Assembly (NCBI GenBank): GCA_963674945.2
Contig: CAXXWQ010000004.1
Location: forward strand, 2,784,001 to 2,848,000
Source: an uncultured Desulfosarcina sp.
GTDB taxonomy: Bacteria > Desulfobacterota > Desulfobacteria > Desulfobacterales > Desulfosarcinaceae
Length of the DNA: 64,000 nt
Direction: 5' to 3'
The translations under genes were made by a program, and so were the position numbers. Below the pieces are notes generated by a model that saw only the letters and a program-made list of their open reading frames with translations, did not search any database and was not told the DNA's origin. Numbering within the stretch: the stretch's first letter is position 1; each line of letters opens with the position of its first letter. Shown in pieces: positions 9,816-17,095 of this stretch.

Positions 9816-10163
9816 TCATGGCTCTCTCGTACCCATTCCAACGCGGCCCCGACCCCGGCGACGCCGGCGCCCGCCGCCGCGGACGGCATAGTTACCACCT
9901 TCGACCCGCACGGCTTTTCCGGTGACCAGCGCTTCTCCGATGATGCCCCGTGCCGATGTTAAAATTCTCCCATAGGTCTGACGGGATACCTGCATCAGGT
10001 TTGCCGCCGACTCCTGGTCCAGTCGCTCGAAATCGCTTAACCGGATCGCCTCCAGTTCCTCGATGGAGAGTGTCAATTCTCCGGTGATGGGAACGCCCTG
10101 GGGGACGAATGCGGCAATGGTCGGATAACCGGATACGAATCTGGGTTTCTTGGGTCTGGGCAC
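9816..10163 (-). CDS. DUF134-family predicted DNA-binding protein
   Basis: MPRPKKPR...EELEAIRLSD...QESAANLMQVSRQTYGRILTSAR...EALVTGKAVRVEGG is the typical DUF134 signature. Confidence 0.88.
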   Translation of the reverse strand: MPRPKKPRFVSGYPTIAAFVPQGVPITGELTLSIEELEAIRLSDFERLDQESAANLMQVSRQTYGRILTSARGIIGEALVTGKAVRVEGGNYAVRGGGRRRRRGRGRVGMGTREP

Positions 10164-10232
10164 ACCACGTCCTTTCTTTCTGATCGTTTGACTATAACCT
10201 ATTACCTAAATGGTTTGGTGTCAATATAAATA

Positions 10233-10248
10233 ATGATCAATTGATCAT
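10233..10248. promoter_or_regulatory. Perfect 16-bp palindrome, candidate operator of the DUF134 gene run
   Basis: ATGATCAATTGATCAT lies 70 nt upstream of the DUF134 start in an AT-rich promoter region. Confidence 0.55.
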
Positions 10249-10304
10249 AAATTGTTGTGTAGAAACTCCTATGGCTTGATAAACATGCTAAGAGTCGCTG
10301 TTCG

Positions 10305-10428
10305 GACGGCTTCGTAAAAAGCCCGAGATCAAGGATTGCGAGTCCCGAGGAATGAGGCGTGTTCGTAATACGTCGCGGTGACGAAGGATGAAGCGTAACG
10401 CCGATATCGGGCTTTTTACGAAGCCGTC
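10305..10428. mobile_element. 124-bp MITE/REP-like element with perfect 22-bp terminal inverted repeats
   Basis: GACGGCTTCGTAAAAAGCCCGA ... TCGGGCTTTTTACGAAGCCGTC; non-coding; partial copies at 36501-36544 and 37394-37432. Confidence 0.8.
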
Positions 10429-10438
10429 ATGGCTTGGA

Positions 10439-10756
10439 TCAATTTATCAGCGACTGCAGGACGTCGGTAAGCGCTTCCAGGGGCTGCAAACCGATTAGGC
10501 GGCTGGCCTCCTTGCCGTCTTTAAAGAAGATGATGGTAGGTATGCTCTGAATGCCAAGACGAAATGCAAGGTCTCGATATTCATCGATATTCAGTTGCTT
10601 CACAGTGGCCGCCCCCCTGGTTCTTCTTTCAAACGCACTGATGATCTGCGTTTGGACGCGGCAGGGACGGCTCCAGGTCGCAATGAAATCCAATATGGTG
10701 ATGCCACCGGCCATCAGCTGGTTCAGGTTTTCGGTCATGGAAAAGGAAAGGGTCAT
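10439..10756 (-). CDS. Atypical thioredoxin-fold protein (WSRPC active site)
   Basis: ILDFIATWSRPC...LNIDE...LGIQSIPTIIFFKDGKE. The first Cys of CxxC is replaced by Ser (codon AGC). Confidence 0.8.
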   Translation of the reverse strand: MTLSFSMTENLNQLMAGGITILDFIATWSRPCRVQTQIISAFERRTRGAATVKQLNIDEYRDLAFRLGIQSIPTIIFFKDGKEASRLIGLQPLEALTDVLQSLIN

Positions 10757-10833
10757 TGTCGTTCTCCCATGAAAAACCGGATAGGGTATCGCTGCGTTAC
10801 GCTATCCGAAATCGAGGGTTTTTCAATGGGGAA

Positions 10834-10849
10834 ATCAAAATCCATGCCA
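10834..10849 (-). promoter_or_regulatory. Possible sigma54 promoter upstream of the atypical thioredoxin
   Basis: The minus strand reads TGGCATG-GATT-TTGAT, the same GA-at--12 variant as at 5666-5681. Confidence 0.4.
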
Positions 10850-11014
10850 GCAAATGGTAAATTCATCAAAAAAGGTAACGATCTTTCCATGGGCTTGTGC
10901 CGACCGCATTGACAGGCATCGGGCCACGATCTATGTTAATTCGACAAAGTCATAAATCTCTGATTTGGCATAGAGGACCAGGTTTTCTATGCTGAACAAC
11001 AAAGGCGGTACAAA

Positions 11015-11482
11015 ATGAAGACAGCTCATGAAATGATCCAGGAAAAGGGGGGTGAGATCCTCAGCGTGCCGGAGGGGACCGTCGTCATGGAAGCGTTGGA
11101 AAAGATGAATGCGGGAAGTGTGGGCGCCATTATGGTTACCCGGAATCAGATGCCGGTGGGCATCTGGACGGAGCGAGACCTGATGCGCAACATGCTCGAC
11201 GCAGCTTTCGATCCCCATAAGACACGCATCGAAGATGTCATGACAAAAAACGTGATCTTTACATCCCACACCGATACCGTTTACAACCTCATGGACAAAT
11301 TCCTCGGATTACGGTTGCGCCACCTTCTTATAAAGAAAGATGGGGAAACCATTGGCATGCTCTCAAGCGGAGACGTCATGAAGGCCTGCATTCAGGAAAA
11401 AGACGCGGAACTCAAGCAGCTCAATTCCATGGTGGGGTGGGACTATTACGAAAATTGGTGCTGGCGGCCTGATTCCAAATGA
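11015..11482 (+). CDS. CBS domain-containing protein
   Basis: Tandem CBS pattern (VGAIMV...GIWTERDL; DVMTKNV...LRHLLI...GMLSSGDV). Confidence 0.9.
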   Translation: MKTAHEMIQEKGGEILSVPEGTVVMEALEKMNAGSVGAIMVTRNQMPVGIWTERDLMRNMLDAAFDPHKTRIEDVMTKNVIFTSHTDTVYNLMDKFLGLRLRHLLIKKDGETIGMLSSGDVMKACIQEKDAELKQLNSMVGWDYYENWCWRPDSK

Positions 11483-11542
11483 TGGTGTATTCGGAACTTT
11501 TCGCTACCACGATGACATCTTGACCGTCCGGTGAAACGTCAA

Positions 11543-12403
11543 CTACTTATGCTCGGAAGCCCGGTGTATATCGATAATCTTCGTATGACTGAAATAGTCC
11601 GTTGTCTCATATCGGGTGATTCCCTGCAGCTTGTCGGTGATATCTCGCATGCGTTCAATCTGGACCGTAATTTTTTCGATATTGGCCAATGCATCGCTGT
11701 CTTCCAATTGCATGGCCAATAACTCGGTATATCCGGACAGGGTCTGAAGGGGTTGGTTAAGCTCATGACAGACAGCACCGGCCGTCTCCAAAACACCCTC
11801 CAACTTCTCTTTTTGAATCTGGTTATGGGCCGCACGGTTTTTTTCCGTCAGATCCGACAGGACAGCCACGCTGCCGTTTAGCTCTCCCTCTTTATCCGTC
11901 AACGGTGCAAGGCTGAAAAGAAAGTCCCGGCGCTCCCCATCGGCACGTTGCACCTGGGCCTCATGCGTGTGAAAACCGGCCTTCTCCATCATTTTTCGCT
12001 CTTCCCGCAGATATGCAGCGGCCAGATCGGCAGGAATCTGTTCGGGTAGTTCCTGTGGCCGCTTCCCGATAATACGGTCTCGCGTAAGCCCAAGTATCTG
12101 TTTGGCATAAACCTTGTTGCACCCCTGAAAATACCCTTCGGCGTCCTTGAAATAGATGGGATTCGGTATGGTGTTCACCAGTGTATCCATCAATTGTAGG
12201 AAGCTGCGAAGCTTCTCTTCGGATTGCTCCCACCGGGCTTTGTCCCGATCGTGTAACTCCTGTTGTTTTCTCAACTGTTGGCTGGCCTCGTGAAGGGACT
12301 GATTCAGCTCCAGTATTTTCTTGCCCTGCCGCCAATAGTTATGCCCTCCCCACGCGCCGACACCGACGAGCATAACAATAAAAAACAGATAATCGAGCAC
12401 CAT
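11543..12403 (-). CDS. Membrane-anchored PAS + HisKA protein lacking a HATPase domain
   Basis: N-terminal TM, coiled coil, PAS (IPNPIYFKDAEG..GCN) and H-box AGAVCHELNQPL; the protein ends about 60 aa after the His. Confidence 0.8.
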   Translation of the reverse strand: MVLDYLFFIVMLVGVGAWGGHNYWRQGKKILELNQSLHEASQQLRKQQELHDRDKARWEQSEEKLRSFLQLMDTLVNTIPNPIYFKDAEGYFQGCNKVYAKQILGLTRDRIIGKRPQELPEQIPADLAAAYLREERKMMEKAGFHTHEAQVQRADGERRDFLFSLAPLTDKEGELNGSVAVLSDLTEKNRAAHNQIQKEKLEGVLETAGAVCHELNQPLQTLSGYTELLAMQLEDSDALANIEKITVQIERMRDITDKLQGITRYETTDYFSHTKIIDIHRASEHK

Positions 12404-12811
12404 TTTCCAGGTTCTCCATTTATGAATTCGTTGTATTCAAACCGGGTGCTGCACTCCCGGTTACAACCCGAACGATGAAAGCACGAACGTGCTTCTGGGC
12501 ATCCGGCCGATGGCCGAATATCCAAGCCGCCCGCTTTGCGGGCGGTCGGTGACGCAATATGTTTGGGCCGCGAAGAAGTATGGCCGGTATTATGATAGCA
12601 GAAACACGGATTTTCGTCATGTATAGTTTCCGGATCTCCATCGGGCGAAACGGAGCCGCATGCTCCTTTGACCCGGAGTCCCCATTTCATCCGGAGAGGA
12701 AATTGCCACTTTTGTTGACTTTATTTCCTTATTCCAATATAGAGAACTGCGAAAAGGCAATTTTATCGACCGGTTCCCTTTCGTGTTCCTCAGACTTAAA
12801 GGAAAAAGGTA

Positions 12812-13168
12812 ATGGTGAGGAAACCCTTGCTGTTGATCCTGGCAGCAATTTCGATTGTCGTCAGCGCAGGGATCATAAATGCCACGATTTGGGATCTTGG
12901 AGACGGATGGTTCTCAGATAACGCCCAAAACGATCAGCCTCTGCAGCAATCATGGTTTACCAATGCCTTCGGCTATGAGACGAGGGGCAATTTGATGGCG
13001 GATGCGAATCTACACCGAACCGAAATTTCCGTCCGTGCAACCGACCAACCACCCCGGGTCACACCCCGTACCGAATCGATCGTATCCCAACACAAGGTGC
13101 CGACACTTCTCCTTTTGGCCAACGGTATCATCGGTCTCGTCGGATTTTGGCGGCGGACTGCCAAATGA
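12812..13168 (+). CDS. Small exported protein with degenerate PEP-CTERM-like tail
   Basis: Signal-peptide-like N-terminus; C-terminus VPTLLLLANGIIGLVGFWRRTAK (hydrophobic helix plus basic residues). Confidence 0.6.
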   Translation: MVRKPLLLILAAISIVVSAGIINATIWDLGDGWFSDNAQNDQPLQQSWFTNAFGYETRGNLMADANLHRTEISVRATDQPPRVTPRTESIVSQHKVPTLLLLANGIIGLVGFWRRTAK

Positions 13169-13365
13169 ACAGATTTCAGGCAATGGTACAAATCATGGCC
13201 TTGATCAATGAGGACCACGACTTGAAACCGGGAAGCCGGGAGGCAAAACTCATCCGTAGGGTGATCTCCAGCAAGATCGAACGGCTTGGGCCGGAAGGCG
13301 CGCTGGCACAAATCATGGATACCAAGGCGCACTTGATTGCACAGATTCAGAGTTTGATTCCATAA
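13165..13365 (+). CDS. Small hypothetical protein
   Basis: The ATG at 13165 overlaps the upstream TGA (ATGA coupling); helical-looking 66-aa product. Confidence 0.55.
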   Translation: MNRFQAMVQIMALINEDHDLKPGSREAKLIRRVISSKIERLGPEGALAQIMDTKAHLIAQIQSLIP

Positions 13366-13872
13366 CCGGTCTTTTTCTCTCCCCTCGACCGATACCCAAT
13401 TTTTACGAATCCGTCCGCACAGCAACTTCCAAGGAACTCGTTCATCGATACAAGTCAAAAAAGACTTTTTACGAGATCATCAATTTTATTCGAATTGCGA
13501 TTCTTGCAACAGTCCCCGCCGAATCCAGGGAGTGGCTGTCTGTTGTTTCCTTCCCATCCGAGTATTGACTTTAAATGAATCTCGATTTCAATTGACCCCG
13601 ACCAGAACACACCGATTCGAGAAGGACCGGATGGTCCTTTCTTAGCTTCCCCCGTGTTTTTTCTTATAGTCTCTAACTCATTATGGAAGTGTGAAAAAAT
13701 TATGCTTGATGTATCCTGTCAAATAAGATAAATAATCGCCCTTCATGCTCATATGCTTATTAAGCAATGGCATGCGCTCAGACCCCCCAAGCAAATTCAC
13801 AGGACCAACGAATTCGTTTTGCGCCAGGCAAAAGGGGTGGTTTGTTATTGCAAACAGAGAAGGATACAATTC

Positions 13873-14130
13873 ATGGAGTTTTGGCGCGTACCACTAGATG
13901 CAAATCACATCGATATCACCAAAGGAATCGTCCACATCATCGAGGACCGATGCAAGGGATGCGGCTATTGCGTTGAATTTTGTCCCCGGGATGTCCTGAC
14001 TTTTTCCGAACGTTTCAACACAAAAGGGTACCATCCGCCCGAGGTTCGAAAAGCCGATGGATGCATCAACTGCCACTATTGTGAAATCATTTGTCCGGAG
14101 TTTGCTATTTATTCCGTTGAAGATGGCTAA
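13873..14130 (+). CDS. korD: 2-oxoacid:ferredoxin oxidoreductase delta subunit (2x[4Fe-4S])
   Basis: CKGCGYCVEFCP and CINCHYCEIICP motifs; AGGA RBS; first gene of the kor cluster. Confidence 0.85.
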   Translation: MEFWRVPLDANHIDITKGIVHIIEDRCKGCGYCVEFCPRDVLTFSERFNTKGYHPPEVRKADGCINCHYCEIICPEFAIYSVEDG

Positions 14131-14161
14131 GCAAAGGTCGGATGAATAATGGAAAGAAGTT

Positions 14162-14263
14162 TTAAGTGTTAAGGGAAGGATGAGGATCGATTTTAAAATT
14201 TCTTATTAAGCCTTTTATTTCTTCCTATATAAATCGACAGAATACCTCAACTTAATCACTTAA
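14162..14263 (+). repeat. AT-rich repeat element, copy 1 (inverted relative to 16345-16445)
   Basis: 14228-14263 is the exact reverse complement of 16345-16380 (36 nt), and 14162-14181 of 16426-16445 (20 nt). TTAAGTG-type heptamers mark the ends. Confidence 0.85.
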
Positions 14264-14342
14264 AACGTAATACTCGGCGGGTCGCAGAGATCCCGCCACC
14301 GCTAAACAGCAGAAAAATAATCAAATTTCGGAATTTGGTAAC

Positions 14343-15497
14343 ATGAAAAACAGACCCGCCGTACTAACCGGAGAACACTACATGACCGGTGATGAAGCCT
14401 GCGCCGAAGGCGCCCTGGCAGCCGGATGCCGATTTTTCGGCGCCTATCCCATCACACCGGCAACGGAGATCGCCGAGCACATGTCAGCACGGCTTCCCGA
14501 AGTGGGCGGAACCTTCATCCAGATGGAAGATGAAATCGCCGCCATGGGCTCGGTCTTGGGTGCTGCCTGGGCCGGTCAGAAGAGCATGACCGCCACCTCG
14601 GGTCCGGGCTTCAGCCTGATGATGGAAAACATCGGTCTTGGGGTGGTGACCGAGACTCCCTGCGTGGTTGTCAATGTCCAACGTGGCGGCCCCTCCACCG
14701 GCCTGCCCACCATGAGCGCCCAGGCGGATATGATGCAGGCCCGCTGGGGCTCCCACGGAGACTATGAAATCATCGCCCTGGCCCCCGCCTCTGCCCAGGA
14801 GATCTTCTACCAGACCATCACCGCCTTCGACTTGAGCGAAAAATACCGAACGCCGGTGCTCGTGATGACAGACGGAGTGATCGGCCACATGAGCGAAAAG
14901 GTGGTCATCCCCGCGGCAAACACCATCAAGCCGGTTTCCCGGCCCACGCCCAAAGGACGAAAGGACCGGTTTTTGTTGTACAAGCCGGACAAAAACGGCG
15001 TTGCCCCCATGCCGGCGGCCGGTCAAGGATACAACGTTCATGTCACCGGGCTTACCCACGATGAAAAAGGCTATCCCGCCATGAGCGTAGAGGCCCAGAA
15101 AGAGATGATGGACCGGATCACCAATAAGATTCTGGCCAACCGGGACGACATCATCATCACTGACGACCACCACCTGGAGGACGCCGAAGTCGTGTTGGTT
15201 TCCTATGGAATTTCGGCCAGGACCAGCCTGGCCGCAATGGCCCGGGCCAGGGAAAAGGGACGGAAGGTGGGGCTCTTGCGCCTGGTGACAGTATGGCCCT
15301 TTTGCGAAGAGCGAATCCGGCAGCTGGCGCAGCGTGTGAGAGCGTTTATCACCGTCGAGATCAACTTGGGACAGGTTCATCTGGAGGTGGAACGATGCGC
15401 CGGCAAACAAGCACCTTGCCACCTGGTGGGACATGCCGGCGGGACCGTCATTACTCCGGAGCAAGTGCTTGCGAAGATAGAGGAGGTGTTTTCATGA
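14343..15497 (+). CDS. korA: 2-oxoacid:ferredoxin oxidoreductase alpha subunit
   Basis: YPITPATE, QMEDEIAA, TATSGPGFSLM and QRGGPSTGLPT motifs. Confidence 0.93.
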   Translation: MKNRPAVLTGEHYMTGDEACAEGALAAGCRFFGAYPITPATEIAEHMSARLPEVGGTFIQMEDEIAAMGSVLGAAWAGQKSMTATSGPGFSLMMENIGLGVVTETPCVVVNVQRGGPSTGLPTMSAQADMMQARWGSHGDYEIIALAPASAQEIFYQTITAFDLSEKYRTPVLVMTDGVIGHMSEKVVIPAANTIKPVSRPTPKGRKDRFLLYKPDKNGVAPMPAAGQGYNVHVTGLTHDEKGYPAMSVEAQKEMMDRITNKILANRDDIIITDDHHLEDAEVVLVSYGISARTSLAAMARAREKGRKVGLLRLVTVWPFCEERIRQLAQRVRAFITVEINLGQVHLEVERCAGKQAPCHLVGHAGGTVITPEQVLAKIEEVFS

Positions 15498-16342
15498 CTG
15501 CGGCAACCGCAGAGAAGGAACTGGCGGTACCGACAGATCGGCATCCCTTGGATGACCTGATCCGAACGGACCGCATACCCCACATATGGTGTCCCGGCTG
15601 CGGTATTGGAACGGCTTTCTCCGCCTGTCTGCGCGCCATGATCGCAAGCGGTATCGATCTTCAAAAGACCTGCATGGTCTCCGGTATCGGCTGCTCCGGG
15701 CGGGCCGCCGGATACGTCAAGCTGGATTCGTTTCATACCACCCACGGACGGGCCATTCCCTTTGCCACCGGACTTAAACTGGGAAATCCGGAACTCAACG
15801 TGGTGGTTTTTTCGGGAGACGGGGATCTGTTTGCCATCGGCGGAAACCACTTCATTCATGCCGCCCGGCGCAACATAGACATAACGGTGATCTGTCTTAA
15901 CAACCTGAACTACGGCATGACCGGCGGCCAGGTGGCGGCCACGACACCCCAACAGGCAAAGACCACCACGACCCAGTCGGGCAACCCCGATGCCCCGTTC
16001 AACCTGCCGCTGATGGCCTATGCCGCCGGAGCCACATACGTGGCGCGCTGGACCATCTTGCACACCCGGGAGATGACCGAAGCCTTCAAGAAAGCCATGG
16101 TAAAACCGGGATTTTCGTTCATCGAGGTATTGGGCCCCTGCCCCATCAACTACGGCAGGCGGAACAAGGAAAAAGCCATGGACACATTGCGTCTCTACCA
16201 GGAAAAAACCATCATCCGCAACAATGCCGACATCACCGAACTGGATATCGATTTCGGCAATCAGGTGGTTCTGGGTGAATTCGTGGACAAACAGCGGCCG
16301 ACTTGTATCGAGAATTATGATAGAACCTGTCGGTTAATATAG
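15494..16342 (+). CDS. korB: 2-oxoacid:ferredoxin oxidoreductase beta subunit (TPP-binding)
   Basis: WCPGCG, SGIGCS, HGRA, GDGD and NN..YGMTGGQ motifs; ATGA overlap with korA. Confidence 0.93.
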   Translation: MTAATAEKELAVPTDRHPLDDLIRTDRIPHIWCPGCGIGTAFSACLRAMIASGIDLQKTCMVSGIGCSGRAAGYVKLDSFHTTHGRAIPFATGLKLGNPELNVVVFSGDGDLFAIGGNHFIHAARRNIDITVICLNNLNYGMTGGQVAATTPQQAKTTTTQSGNPDAPFNLPLMAYAAGATYVARWTILHTREMTEAFKKAMVKPGFSFIEVLGPCPINYGRRNKEKAMDTLRLYQEKTIIRNNADITELDIDFGNQVVLGEFVDKQRPTCIENYDRTCRLI

Positions 16343-16344
16343 TG

Positions 16345-16465
16345 TTAAGTGATTAAGTTGAGGTATTCTGTCGATTTATAAATGAAGAGATAAATGACAC
16401 AAGAAAAAATCTAAAATCGATTCCTATCCTTCCCTTAACACTTAACCACTTGAAACTTAACACTT
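16345..16465 (-). repeat. AT-rich repeat element, copy 2
   Basis: Inverted copy of 14162-14263, followed by extra CACTTAA-like heptamers. Confidence 0.85.
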
Positions 16466-16516
16466 TCTTTACAATATGACGAATCAACACAGATACTCCA
16501 AACCGGAGCATGATTA

Positions 16517-17095
16517 ATGAACAAACAGATAATAATAACCGGTTTCGGCGGCCAGGGAGTTGTACTGGCAGGACGCATCATAGGAAAAGCGGCGGCCATC
16601 GGCGACAAACTGGAATCAACCCTGGTCCAGTCTTACGGGCCGGAATCCAGGGGCGGTGCCTGCAGCGCACAGGTGACCATCGCCGACGAAGAGATCTTCT
16701 ACCCCTACATCTCCAATCCCGACGTCCTGGTGGCCATGAGCCAGTCCGGCTACGAAAAATACAAGGATCTTCTACGCCCCGAGGGCATCCTGATCGTGGA
16801 TCAGGACCTGGTCCGGCCGGATGCTTCGGCCCAAAATCCGTATTGTGTTCCGTGCACCCGGTTTGCCGAGGAGATGGGGCTTGTGATGATGGCCAATATC
16901 ATCATGGTCGGTTTTTTCACCGCCGTCACCGAAGCCGTCTCCCAGGAAGCCGCACGCCAGACTGTTTTGGAATCCGTTCCCAAGGGGACGGAAAAGAAAA
17001 ACCTTGGCGCCTTCGACAAGGGGTGGGAGTTCGGCAAGGCCACATTGAAAGGACGAGCCAAGAAAGCCGCCGGACGAATCGGAGTGATCGCATGA
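16517..17095 (+). CDS. korC: 2-oxoacid:ferredoxin oxidoreductase gamma subunit
   Basis: GFGGQGV and SYGPESRGG motifs; ANIIMVG. Confidence 0.92.
   Translation: MNKQIIITGFGGQGVVLAGRIIGKAAAIGDKLESTLVQSYGPESRGGACSAQVTIADEEIFYPYISNPDVLVAMSQSGYEKYKDLLRPEGILIVDQDLVRPDASAQNPYCVPCTRFAEEMGLVMMANIIMVGFFTAVTEAVSQEAARQTVLESVPKGTEKKNLGAFDKGWEFGKATLKGRAKKAAGRIGVIA

Noticed and set aside
10661..10690. Possible selenocysteine in the atypical thioredoxin active site
   Set aside because: The codon is AGC (Ser), not TGA.
16510..17091. N-terminal extension of the 1321-aa ORF
   Set aside because: It overlaps korC in another frame; the HdrA-like sequence begins at ATG 17092, coupled to the korC stop.
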